The notes under the pieces were generated by a model. That model saw only the letters and a list, made by a program, of their open reading frames with translations, did not search any database and was not told where the DNA came from. Shown here piece after piece: positions 19,216 through 28,362 of a stretch of 64,000 nt of DNA; the stretch's first letter is position 1, and each line of letters opens with the position of its first letter. This DNA is from Paenacidovorax caeni. GTDB lineage: Bacteria > Cyanobacteriota > Cyanobacteriia > PCC-6307 > Cyanobiaceae. The translations under genes were made by a program, and so were the position numbers. The DNA lies in assembly GCA_943371385.1 (NCBI GenBank), contig CALRUP020000005.1, positions 1,365-65,364 of the forward strand, read 5' to 3'.

Positions 19216-20891
19216 GGGCGCAGCTCGAGAAGGGCCAGCTCCCGCTCGATTTCAGCCTGGTGCTCCACCAGGGGCTTGCCGGTGCCGTAGCCGTAGGGCC
19301 CACTGATCACCGTGGGGACATGATCCTCGAAGTTCTCCAATGGCGGCGGCGAGGGCAGCAGCCACTCCAGGCCGATGGCCCGCCAGGGGTTGGCGCCAGC
19401 GCGCTCACCGCGCACCACCGAGCTGACGATGTTGATCAGAAAGGGGATGATCGAGACCCCCAGGAGGAAGCCGCCCAGGCTGGCGATCACGTTCCAGAAG
19501 GCGAACTCCGGGTCATAGGACGACACCCGCCTGGGCATGCCCATCAGCCCCAGGGGATGCATGGGCAGGAAGTTGAGGCTGGTGCCGATGAAGGTGAGCA
19601 GGAAATGGAGCTTGCCCAGGCCCTCGTAGGTCTTGCGGCCGGTGAACTTGGGGAACCAGTGGTAGATGGCCGCGAAGATGCCCATCACCACGGCGCCGTA
19701 GATCACGTAATGGAAGTGCCCCACCACGAAGTAGGTGTTGTTGACGTGGATGTCGATCGGCACCGTGGCCAGCATGATGCCGGTGATGCCGGCGAACACG
19801 AAGTTGATCAGCCCCCCCAGGCTGAACAGCATCGGCGTGGTGAGCTGCAGCTTGCCGCCCCAGAGGGTGGCCAGCCAGGCGAACACCTTCACGCCTGTGG
19901 GCACGGCGATCAGCATCGTGGTGACCATGAACAGATCGCGCATCCACTGGCTCACGCCACTGGGGAACATGTGGTGCACCCACACCACCAGGCCCAGGGC
20001 CACGATCGCGAACGAGGCGATCGCCACAAAGGGATAGCCGAACAGGGGCTTACGGGCATACACCGGAAACAGCTCCGAGAAAATGCCGAACACCGGCAGG
20101 ATGATCACGTATACCGCCGGGTGCGAATAGAACCAGAAGAAGTGCTGATAAAGCACCGGATCACCGCCGCCGGCGGGGTCGTAGAAACTGGTGCCCACGG
20201 TGAGATCCAGCAGCAGCATCACGGCGCCACCGGTTAAAGCCGGCAGGCCGATCAGCTGGATCGTCTGGGCCGCCATGGCGGTCCAGCAGAAGATCGGCAT
20301 CCGGAACAGGCCCATGCCCGGCGCGCGCATGCGCAGGATCGTGGTCACGAAGTTGATCGCTCCCATGATCGAGGAGACACCCGAGAGGGCCACGGCGAGG
20401 ATCCAGAGGGATTCGCCATTGATCAGGTGGCCCAGGGGGTTCTGCACGCTGATCGGCGGGTACGACCACCACCCCGCTGACGCCGGCCCGCCGGGCACGA
20501 AGAAGCTGGCGATCAGCACCACACCGAAGACCGGGAAGATCCAGAAGGCCGCCGCGTTCAGCCTTGGGAAGGCCATGTCCGGGGCGCCGATCATCACCGG
20601 GATCAGCAGGTTGTTGAGCCCGTTCAGCACCGGAAAGGTGAACAGGAACAACATGATCGACCCATGCATGGTGTACAGGCCGTTGTAGACCGTGCGGTCG
20701 ACCAGATCGGCCGCCGGGGTGAGCAGTTCCCCCCGCATCACCATCGCCAGGAAGCCCCCGATCAAGAAGAAGGCAAAGGAGAGCACCACGTACTGGATGC
20801 CGATCACCTTGGCGTCGGTGCAGAAGCTGAAATAACGCAGCCAACCGGGTGGAGACGGCGGTGTGGGAGCAGCGGGGGTGAGGACGGTCAT
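19212..20891 (-). CDS. ctaD: Heme-copper oxidase subunit I (A2-type YSHPAVY)
   Basis: TMHG, WFYSHPAVY, WVHHMF, GHFHYV and GMPRR. Confidence 0.93.
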   Translation of the reverse strand: MTVLTPAAPTPPSPPGWLRYFSFCTDAKVIGIQYVVLSFAFFLIGGFLAMVMRGELLTPAADLVDRTVYNGLYTMHGSIMLFLFTFPVLNGLNNLLIPVMIGAPDMAFPRLNAAAFWIFPVFGVVLIASFFVPGGPASAGWWSYPPISVQNPLGHLINGESLWILAVALSGVSSIMGAINFVTTILRMRAPGMGLFRMPIFCWTAMAAQTIQLIGLPALTGGAVMLLLDLTVGTSFYDPAGGGDPVLYQHFFWFYSHPAVYVIILPVFGIFSELFPVYARKPLFGYPFVAIASFAIVALGLVVWVHHMFPSGVSQWMRDLFMVTTMLIAVPTGVKVFAWLATLWGGKLQLTTPMLFSLGGLINFVFAGITGIMLATVPIDIHVNNTYFVVGHFHYVIYGAVVMGIFAAIYHWFPKFTGRKTYEGLGKLHFLLTFIGTSLNFLPMHPLGLMGMPRRVSSYDPEFAFWNVIASLGGFLLGVSIIPFLINIVSSVVRGERAGANPWRAIGLEWLLPSPPPLENFEDHVPTVISGPYGYGTGKPLVEHQAEIERELALLELRP

Positions 20892-20894
20892 GGC

Positions 20895-21842
20895 TCAGGC
20901 GTCGTGGGGGAGGGAAGAGGAGCCTGGAACATTCACCAGGGGGGGCGGAGCGGGGGGCACCGTGGCCCAGCGGATTCCCCCCGCCGGCTGACGCGCGAGC
21001 TGCTCAGCCTCCACCACGGCCAGGCTCAGGCCCGGTTGCAGGGGCTGCTGGGCGGCTGCCACGAGCCAGGAGGCGAAGGTCTCGGGTGGCTCCACCACCA
21101 CATCGGCCTGGTTGGCGGCGAACCAGGCACCGCTGAACTGGGAATCCCTCAGCCGGTACCGGCCGCTGCGGGTGGGGGTGAGTGAGAAATCGATCGCACG
21201 GCCGGGCACCACGTCCTGCTTGAGGCGAAAGGCCGGCACGTAAAAGCCATGCAGCACATCCGGGGAGGTGAGCTCGAAGGTGACGGGCTGATCCAAGGGC
21301 AGATGCAGCTCGGTGGAGGAGACCTGCGCCTGGGGATAGCGGAACTCCCACGACCACTGGCGGGCGACCACCTCGACCCGCAGGGGGGCAAGGCCTGGGG
21401 GAGCCGCAGGGCCTCGGGCCACGGCCTCGATCACCTCCCCAGACCCAGCGCCAGCCCCAGCTCCCCCCCCGTGCACGTGCTCCATCGGCCCCAGGACCCC
21501 CAGCTGCCGGTTCACGCGGATGCCCGCCACGGCGATCGCCATCACGACCACCAGGGGAATCACGGTCCAGACGATCTCCAAGGTGGTGTTGCCCTCCATC
21601 GGGGGGCCGTCCTCCTGGTCGTACTTCTCGGCTCGGTTGAACAGCAGCACCCAGAGCAGCACTGAGAGCACCCCGAGAAACACGAAGGTGCCGATAGCGG
21701 TCTCCAGGCTGAACAGGCCATCCACCAGCGGCGCCGCATTGGAGGCCTGCACGGGGAACCAGCGGTAGGACTGATCCCCCATCCAGAGGCTGGCCAGCAC
21801 CAGCAACACCAGCCACAGGGCGAGCAGCAGGGCGCGGATCAC
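20895..21842 (-). CDS. ctaC: Heme-copper oxidase subunit II lacking CuA cysteines (ARTO CtaCII)
   Basis: LEIVWT and DVLHGFYVP; DSQFSGAWFAAN replaces C.ELCG..H..M. GTG start overlaps the upstream TGA. Confidence 0.88.
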   Translation of the reverse strand: MIRALLLALWLVLLVLASLWMGDQSYRWFPVQASNAAPLVDGLFSLETAIGTFVFLGVLSVLLWVLLFNRAEKYDQEDGPPMEGNTTLEIVWTVIPLVVVMAIAVAGIRVNRQLGVLGPMEHVHGGGAGAGAGSGEVIEAVARGPAAPPGLAPLRVEVVARQWSWEFRYPQAQVSSTELHLPLDQPVTFELTSPDVLHGFYVPAFRLKQDVVPGRAIDFSLTPTRSGRYRLRDSQFSGAWFAANQADVVVEPPETFASWLVAAAQQPLQPGLSLAVVEAEQLARQPAGGIRWATVPPAPPPLVNVPGSSSLPHDA

Positions 21843-22426
21843 GGCAGCGCCTCCCGCAGGTCTGCGCCAGCGGCCAGCAGCTGGGCCGCCGTGATGTGCA
21901 CCCCGAACTCTGCCGCCAGCTGGGCGCCGAGGGTGCCCTGCACGCCCATCAGCACGGCGATCCCCAGGCCGGCCAGCAGGTAGCTCCACTGGACCTGGCG
22001 GCCCATGTCCTTGCGCCAGGAGAAGCGCTGGAAACCACGCCAGATCGCCATCAGCGCGATCAGCAGCAGCAGGGCCACACCGCCCACCCCGTGCCAGAGC
22101 ATCGTCACCTGGCTGCCGAGGCCGAAGGCGCTGAGAACCCCCTCGAGCGGTTGGGCCAGCAAGATCTCGTAGAAGCCGCTCGCCACGGTGAAGAAGCTGA
22201 GCAGGGCACTGGCCAGGAGGTTGTACCAGCCCACATCGTGGAAGCCAGCGCGGGTGACCGGCAGGGCCAGGAAACGGAACAGCCGTTTCTCAAAGGGATA
22301 AAGGGCGCCGATGATGTCGAAGCCGATGGCGACGGCATAGAGACCGATGCTCAGGTGCACCAGGTTGGGATGGATCGGCAGGGCGTAGGGGAGGCCGTTG
22401 GGGCCAAGGGCCAGCTCAGGGCTCAT
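21839..22426 (-). CDS. DUF2231 membrane protein (ARTO operon)
   Basis: IHPNLVH, VGWYN and conserved His residues. TGATG overlap with the upstream gene. Confidence 0.75.
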   Translation of the reverse strand: MSPELALGPNGLPYALPIHPNLVHLSIGLYAVAIGFDIIGALYPFEKRLFRFLALPVTRAGFHDVGWYNLLASALLSFFTVASGFYEILLAQPLEGVLSAFGLGSQVTMLWHGVGGVALLLLIALMAIWRGFQRFSWRKDMGRQVQWSYLLAGLGIAVLMGVQGTLGAQLAAEFGVHITAAQLLAAGADLREALP

Positions 22427-22923
22427 CAGACCAGCCCCCGTCGCAGGGCATCCACCACCGGCACCGTGTGCAGGCCGTAGACCCAGATCAGACGATCCCC
22501 CAGCACCACCTGCACCACCACCAGGGCACTGAGCAAGGCGCCCGCCCCGAGAAAGGCCACGGGCAGATGCCTGGGATCCCGCAGCCGGATGACGTAGCGC
22601 CAGGCCGTGAGCACCGAAAGCACTCCCGCCAGGGCCCAGCCCAGGGTGGTGTGCTGGTTGAGCAGTTCCCGCGAGGCGCCGTAGGGGTTGGCCAGACCGG
22701 CTTCGATCTGGCCAATGATGATCGCCACGAAGATGGTGGCGGTGGACACCAGCAGGTTCCAGAAACTCACCTCCAGCAGCGCAGGACGCCGCGCCACCAA
22801 GGCGATCAGATCGAACACGACCACCATCAGGGCCGAGGCGATCACGAAATGGACCACGATCGGGTGCAGGGTGTCGGGCCACGGCAGGTTGTGGTCGTTG
22901 AGGGCCGGCAGTAGCTCGAGCAT
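22426..22923 (-). CDS. DUF2231 membrane protein (ARTO operon)
   Basis: LHPIVVHF, VSFWN, GQIEAGLA and LG..LIWVYGLH. Confidence 0.75.
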   Translation of the reverse strand: MLELLPALNDHNLPWPDTLHPIVVHFVIASALMVVVFDLIALVARRPALLEVSFWNLLVSTATIFVAIIIGQIEAGLANPYGASRELLNQHTTLGWALAGVLSVLTAWRYVIRLRDPRHLPVAFLGAGALLSALVVVQVVLGDRLIWVYGLHTVPVVDALRRGLV

Positions 22924-23052
22924 GGACCGCTTGCGCCTGGTCACGCGTCACCACAGTGTGTCCGAAGTCGCAGGCCAAGGCGGCCAATGTCACCAAAAGC
23001 CTTCACGGTTAAGGCTCCTAGGCTGCCTTCGGCCTGCCTCCTGCCCAGCGCA

Positions 23053-23562
23053 ATGAGCTCAAATCCAACCCTGCGCTGGATCACGGCGCTGCTGCTGTTG
23101 CTGGCCGCCGGTTTCTCGATCTTGGTGCCATTCGTCTCGGCGACGGCGCTGACGATCGCCATCGGCGGGGTGGCGATCGCGGCCGGGGTGGCCCAGCTGC
23201 TGCGGCTCACCGGTGAAGCGGAGCTCAACGCCAGGATTTTCCGCGGACTCTCCGGTCTCTTTTATGGGGCCACCGGCGCCTGGATCCTGATCCACCCGCT
23301 CGACAGCGAGGTGAGCCTGACCCTGCTGGCCGGCCTGCTGCTGGTGTTCGAGGGGGTGATGGAGCTGGCGGGCGCCGCCGCCGGGGCCGGAGCGGCCCGG
23401 GGGCTGGTGATCGTCGATGGGGTGGTGACGGCCTTGCTGGGCGGGCTGCTGGTGGCCGAGTGGCCAAGTGACAGCCTCTGGGCGATCGGCACCCTGTTCG
23501 GGGTGGCCCTGTTTTTCTCAGCGATCAATCTGCTCACGGCACCCTCTGCTCCCGCCGCCTGA
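23053..23562 (+). CDS. HdeD/DUF308 membrane protein
   Basis: Six short TM segments ending in WPSDSLWAIGTLFG. Confidence 0.75.
   Translation: MSSNPTLRWITALLLLLAAGFSILVPFVSATALTIAIGGVAIAAGVAQLLRLTGEAELNARIFRGLSGLFYGATGAWILIHPLDSEVSLTLLAGLLLVFEGVMELAGAAAGAGAARGLVIVDGVVTALLGGLLVAEWPSDSLWAIGTLFGVALFFSAINLLTAPSAPAA
23395..23540 (+). repeat. Direct repeat copy 1 (3' end of hdeD; 146 bp, colinear with 26088-26233)
   Basis: Manual alignment without indels; both copies encode ARGLV..DGVVTA.LGGLLVAEWPSDSL.AIGTLFGVALFFSA.NLLTA. Confidence 0.9.
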
Positions 23563-23625
23563 TCCGGCGGACCAGAGGCCCGAGCAAGGCCCAGATCGCC
23601 ATCGGGAACCGCGGTCCCGGAAACC

Positions 23626-23847
23626 TCAGGACTGACAGTTCTTGCCCCAGGTCTGGGTGCAGATGCCGTCGTCGTTGCAGGCCACCGCCTTGATCGGTCG
23701 ATCAAAGCGCTCGGCAAAGGCCTGCTGCACGATCGCCGAGGGGGCCTCGCCCTTGAACACCTTGGTGGCTTTGCAGCTGGCCTGGGCCAGGGCCGCCGGA
23801 GAGGCCAACGGAATCGCCAGCAGGGGCAGGATCAGCAAAGAACGCAC
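23626..23847 (-). CDS. Small secreted four-Cys peptide
   Basis: Signal peptide ending ALA-QA, and a mature part of about 50 aa with 4 Cys. GTG start. Confidence 0.6.
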   Translation of the reverse strand: MRSLLILPLLAIPLASPAALAQASCKATKVFKGEAPSAIVQQAFAERFDRPIKAVACNDDGICTQTWGKNCQS

Positions 23848-23989
23848 GGAACTCTGAAGCGCTTGGCGGCAAGCCTACCGAGGGCTCTCGGCCCCTGATC
23901 TACCCAGTTGCGAGCCGATGGGGCTGCTCCACAGGCTGCTGGTCAGCTGGGGCGGGCCGATTCCTCTCTGGTGCGTCTGCGTTGTCCTT

Positions 23990-25579
23990 TCAGGCTGTGG
24001 CTGCCAGCTCGACCTTCACCGGCGACGGAACGCTCGGCTGATTGAGCTGCCCCTGGCGATAGGCGGCCAGTTGATTCTCGATCTGCCGGCGCACGATCTC
24101 CCGGTACTCCATGAAATGCTCGTTGTGGGCACACACGGCCAGGTACTGCTCGGTCACCTTGGGGTTGGAGCGAAGGATGCTGAACAGGTGATGCCAAAAG
24201 GCCCAGCGGGTGGAGCGCTTGATCCCCTGACGCCAGCAGACGATCAGCAGCGCCCGGATCACCACCGGATCGGGAAGTTTGAAGGCGCTCTTCACCCTGG
24301 CTGGGCCGAGTTTAAGGAAATAGCGATGCACCCGGTCGAGATACTTACGCGGTTCATAGAGCTGGCAGAACGCTTCGACATACTCCTGGGCAATGTCTTC
24401 CACCGGCCTGGTCGGCACGAAATTCATCAGGGTGGTCTGGTTGATGTTGCCGACCTTGTCGATCAGCCGCCCTTCCTTCTCGAGCCTGTGCCAGAGGGCG
24501 GTATGGGGCAGGGCCTGAAGCATGGCGAAGGTGGTGGTGGGAATCCCCGCAGCTTCTGAGAAGGCCACGATCCGCTGACCGGCTCCCACCTTCTCCCCAT
24601 CGAAGCCGATGATGAAACCGGCGATCACCCTCAAGCCAGAGCGGGTCACCTTGTCGATCGAGTCGAGCAGGGGCGAGCGCATGTTCTGGAACTTCATGGT
24701 TGCGGCGAGGCTGTCGGCATCGGGGGTTTCGATACCCATGAAGACGGCGGCAAAGTTGCAGGCCAGCATCTGATCGATGAGTTCCTGATCGTCAGCCAGA
24801 TCGAGGGAAGCTTCGGTATCGAAGCGGAAGGGGTAGCCATGCTCTCGCTGCCAACGCTCCAGCGCCGTGAGCATCATCTTGACGTTGCGCTTGTTGCCGA
24901 TGAAGTTGTCATCGACCATGAACACACCACCCCGCCAGCCGAGGGTATAGAGGCTGTTGAGTTCGCCGATGAGTTGATCCGGTGACTTGGTCCGGGGTTT
25001 GCGGCCATAGAGCACGATGATGTCGCAGAATTCGCACTGGAATGGGCAGCCGCGCGAGAACTGCACGCTCATCGAGTCGTAGGCCTTGAGCTCGAGCAGG
25101 TCGTAGCGGGGAATCGGCGTGGATGTCACATCCGGCTTGACACCATTGGAGCTGAATCGTCCTCCTTGATCGCCCCTCTCCCAGGCCGCCACGAACATGG
25201 GCAGGGTGATCTCACCTTCATCGAGGATCAGGTAATCGGCCCCGGCGGCCACAAGCTCCTCGGGGGTGGAGGATGGATAGGGACCGCCTACGGCCACGGG
25301 CTTGCCGTGATGCCTGGCCAGATTGATCTGGCGAATGATGTCGTCTTTCTGAACGATCATCGCCGACATGATCACCAGATCAGCCCACATCCACTCTTGA
25401 TCAGTGACGGGCAGGATGTTCACATCAGCCAGCTTGAAGTTCCAATCCTGGGGCAGGATGGCCGCCACGGTGATCAATCCAAGCGGCGGCAGGAGAACCT
25501 TTCGATTCACCAGTTCGAGGATTTTCTCGTAACTCCAGAATGTTTTGGGAAACTCGGGATAAACCAGTAAGACATTCAT
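23990..25579 (-). CDS. B12-binding radical SAM protein with DUF4070 (class B methyltransferase-like)
   Basis: PPLGLITVAA, VAVGGPY, SRGCPFQCEFC (CxxxCxxC), DDNFIG, GIET and FIIGFD. Confidence 0.88.
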   Translation of the reverse strand: MNVLLVYPEFPKTFWSYEKILELVNRKVLLPPLGLITVAAILPQDWNFKLADVNILPVTDQEWMWADLVIMSAMIVQKDDIIRQINLARHHGKPVAVGGPYPSSTPEELVAAGADYLILDEGEITLPMFVAAWERGDQGGRFSSNGVKPDVTSTPIPRYDLLELKAYDSMSVQFSRGCPFQCEFCDIIVLYGRKPRTKSPDQLIGELNSLYTLGWRGGVFMVDDNFIGNKRNVKMMLTALERWQREHGYPFRFDTEASLDLADDQELIDQMLACNFAAVFMGIETPDADSLAATMKFQNMRSPLLDSIDKVTRSGLRVIAGFIIGFDGEKVGAGQRIVAFSEAAGIPTTTFAMLQALPHTALWHRLEKEGRLIDKVGNINQTTLMNFVPTRPVEDIAQEYVEAFCQLYEPRKYLDRVHRYFLKLGPARVKSAFKLPDPVVIRALLIVCWRQGIKRSTRWAFWHHLFSILRSNPKVTEQYLAVCAHNEHFMEYREIVRRQIENQLAAYRQGQLNQPSVPSPVKVELAATA

Positions 25580-26039
25580 TCAGTGGTATCCATCGCTCGT
25601 GGAGAGTATTGGCTAAGTCTGGCTCCAGTAAGCTAAGTATGGCACGGTTTGCCCCAAGGTTTTTGTCTCAGAGGGTGCTTGAATCTGGCCTTGCATCAAG
25701 GGCGGCGACAACGGTTGCCGCCCTTGATGGCTGAGGAGTGAACCGCGTTCGGCTCAAAGGCCCTGGGCCAAGGAGAAGCGCGAAGCGGCCTTGGGGGCAC
25801 AGGTCAAGCCATCACTCGGGAGCGGTCGATCTGGGCGCCAGTGCCTGGATCGGCGGCCTGGGGCTGACATGAAGCCTGAATTGCCAAGCCTGCCCCCAGG
25901 CGGAGGACCGAAGGAGTGGACATATGGAAGGCGCGTGGGCAGGACCGCCGAACCAAAGCAGCGACAGGGCCACAACCAGCTGATCACAGGGTGAAGCTGT
26001 CGTCTAGTGCAAAAGGCCGATGCACCGGACTGCCTCGGC

Positions 26040-26240
26040 GGAGCCGTGATCGCAGCAGTGGCCGGAGCAACGGCCGGCAGCGGCCCAGCCCGGGGCCTGG
26101 TGCTCTCCGATGGGGTGGTGACGGCAATTCTTGGCGGGCTGCTGGTGGCCGAGTGGCCCAGTGACAGCCTCATGGCGATCGGCACCCTGTTCGGGGTTGC
26201 CCTCTTCTTCTCCGCCCTCAACCTGCTCACGGCGACCTGA
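26040..26240 (+). pseudogene. 5'-truncated hdeD remnant (direct repeat copy 2)
   Basis: Encodes only the last two TM segments of HdeD, with no matching 5' half. Confidence 0.75.
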
Positions 26241-26292
26241 CTGCCAATCCAGGCGAATCGGGCTAGGAAAGGGAGGCAGCCGTCAGCCCGTC

Positions 26293-26499
26293 ATGACCTT
26301 CGGCGACATCTTCCGGATCATCGTTGCCTTCATCCTTCCTCCCTTGGCCGTGGCCACCCAGGTGGGATTCACCGGGGCCTTCTGGCTGAACCTGGTGTTC
26401 TGGCTGCTCAGCTTCGGGGCCTTCGGGCTGCCGCTGATGGCGGTGATGTGGCCCGTGGCCGTGGTGCATGCCCTGTTCATCATCGTGACCCGGAAATAG
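26293..26499 (+). CDS. YqaE/Pmp3-family small membrane protein
   Basis: AFILPPLAV...FWLN...WP.A..HAL. Confidence 0.8.
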   Translation: MTFGDIFRIIVAFILPPLAVATQVGFTGAFWLNLVFWLLSFGAFGLPLMAVMWPVAVVHALFIIVTRK

Positions 26500-26521
26500 G
26501 GTCTGAATGTGGCCCTGTCTT

Positions 26522-26541
26522 GGGCTGGGCTGGGCTGGGCT
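26522..26541 (+). repeat. (GGGCT)4 simple repeat upstream of tpsB
   Basis: Four exact pentamers that also fit G3N2G3N2G3N2G3. Confidence 0.85.
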
Positions 26542-26619
26542 TATCAGCAATTGGAAAAGAAACCACCGTCTATATTACCCAATATGATAATTTCTCGTAC
26601 TGATTAACTACCTATTTCG

Positions 26620-28362
26620 TTGCCATCAACTCGGACCAGAATAGGTGCTTGCCTGATCGTGGCCATCGGCTGCACGTCACAGCACGCCTGGGCCCAGTCC
26701 CTGCCCTCGGGGGGGATCCAGCGTTTCGAGCGCGACCAGCGCCTGCGGGATGCGCTTGATGACCAGAACCGGCGCCTGCTGGAGCAGCGCAACAAGCCGG
26801 TGGTTCCCGAATCCCTGCCCCAGGGCAAGGAACCAAAACTGGAGACCGCGCCTGACTTCCTCTACGGCAGCGTGCGCCTCGAAGGCGTGTCGGTGGAGTG
26901 GAAGGGCCAACTCGAGGGCCTGGCGGCGCCCTATCTGAACCGTCCCGTGAGCCTGCGGGATCTGGAAACCCTGCGCAGCGCCATCCGCGACGCCTACCGA
27001 ACCCGCAACCTGCTCGGCCTGGTGCGGATCGATCCCAGCGGCCCCAAGGGGGGAGTGCTTGTGATCACGGTGACCGAAGCGCGCATGGGGGAGGTGAAGA
27101 TCGATTCAAGCGTCCGCCATCACCTCAATGACGGCATCGCCAAGGCCACCGTGCGGGCCTCGGTTCCGCAGGGCAGCCTGCTGCGGCTCGACAAGCTCAC
27201 CTCCGCCCTGCTCAAGCTCAACGATCTGGCCGGCGTACGGGTGCGCTCCACGCTCCAGCCCGGGGCTACCGCAGGCACCACCGATGTGCTGCTGACCCTG
27301 AGGGACACCGACCGCACCAGCGGCGAGCTGAACATCAGCAACGAGATCAACCGCTTCCTCGGCTCCACCGACATCGATCTCACCCTCACCGGATCCAACC
27401 TCCTCGGCCGAGGTGAGCGGATCTCCCTGGAGGGGGCCTGGTGGGGCAACAACGTCAACACCGGCAACCTGGTGGGCTCCCTCAATGCCACCCTGCCCGT
27501 GACCCCCGATGGGGCCCAGCTCAACTTCTACGGCAACTACAACGCCTACCGCCTGCTCGATGAGCTGTATGACGCCGACATCAACGGCAGCACCGGCAAC
27601 CTGCGGCTGGGGTTCCAGCAGCCCCTGTGGCGCCGGCCGAAGGAGTCGCTCTGGGGCAGCGTGAGTGGCGAGGTCAACAGTTACATCGACCGGATTCAGA
27701 CCACGGAGATCCGCAACCGGGACAGCCAGGTGGCCCGCCTCTCGCTGTTGGGCCAGAAGCAGGATGCGATCCTCGGCACAGGTCTGAACACGGCCCTGTT
27801 CCAGTACAGCCTCGGCAATCTGGATCGCTCCGGTAATGCCAATGATCTGCTCCTCGATTCCCTGACGGCCCAGACCGACGGGGTCTTCAACAAGGTGGGG
27901 CTGGTGGTGAGTCGCTATCAGGTTTTCTCCGACCGCTGGCACGCAAAGGTGTTCCTCCAGGCCCAGAAGGCCTTCAACAATCTCGACGGTGCCGAGAAGC
28001 TCTCTCTCGGCTATCCGAACGGTGTGCGGGCCTACCCCCCGGGTGAAGCCCCAGGAGACAGCGGCTTCAGCGGGCAGTTCGATCTGATCTACCGGGCCAC
28101 TCCGGAGCTTTCTCTGGTGGCGTTCATCGATGGGGGGTACATCTGGCGCTGGACCAATCCCTTTCAAGGCTCCCTTGAGCCCAATGGCTATGGACTGGCC
28201 GGTGCGGGTTTCGGGGTGGATCTCGGCACCCCGGGGGAATGGCTCGCCTCCGTCAAGGTGGCTTTTCCCATGGGGAACAATCCCGGCAGTCTCGATGACA
28301 CCGATGCGGACGGCTTCAACAAGGGCGTGAGGGTCTGGGGTTCTCTGCGGTGGTGGTTCTGA
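26620..28362 (+). CDS. TpsB outer-membrane transporter (ShlB/FhaC/HecB family)
   Basis: Signal peptide, POTRA-like region, barrel loop-6 motif GVRAY, and C-terminal WWF. Confidence 0.88.
   Translation: MPSTRTRIGACLIVAIGCTSQHAWAQSLPSGGIQRFERDQRLRDALDDQNRRLLEQRNKPVVPESLPQGKEPKLETAPDFLYGSVRLEGVSVEWKGQLEGLAAPYLNRPVSLRDLETLRSAIRDAYRTRNLLGLVRIDPSGPKGGVLVITVTEARMGEVKIDSSVRHHLNDGIAKATVRASVPQGSLLRLDKLTSALLKLNDLAGVRVRSTLQPGATAGTTDVLLTLRDTDRTSGELNISNEINRFLGSTDIDLTLTGSNLLGRGERISLEGAWWGNNVNTGNLVGSLNATLPVTPDGAQLNFYGNYNAYRLLDELYDADINGSTGNLRLGFQQPLWRRPKESLWGSVSGEVNSYIDRIQTTEIRNRDSQVARLSLLGQKQDAILGTGLNTALFQYSLGNLDRSGNANDLLLDSLTAQTDGVFNKVGLVVSRYQVFSDRWHAKVFLQAQKAFNNLDGAEKLSLGYPNGVRAYPPGEAPGDSGFSGQFDLIYRATPELSLVAFIDGGYIWRWTNPFQGSLEPNGYGLAGAGFGVDLGTPGEWLASVKVAFPMGNNPGSLDDTDADGFNKGVRVWGSLRWWF

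Noticed and set aside
23990-25579. Calling the B12 radical-SAM protein HpnP (hopanoid C-2 methylase) or BchE
   Set aside because: The N-terminus (PKTFWSYEKIL) differs from recalled HpnP (SFGTF.H.Y), and no hopanoid genes are nearby. Only the broader family is supported.
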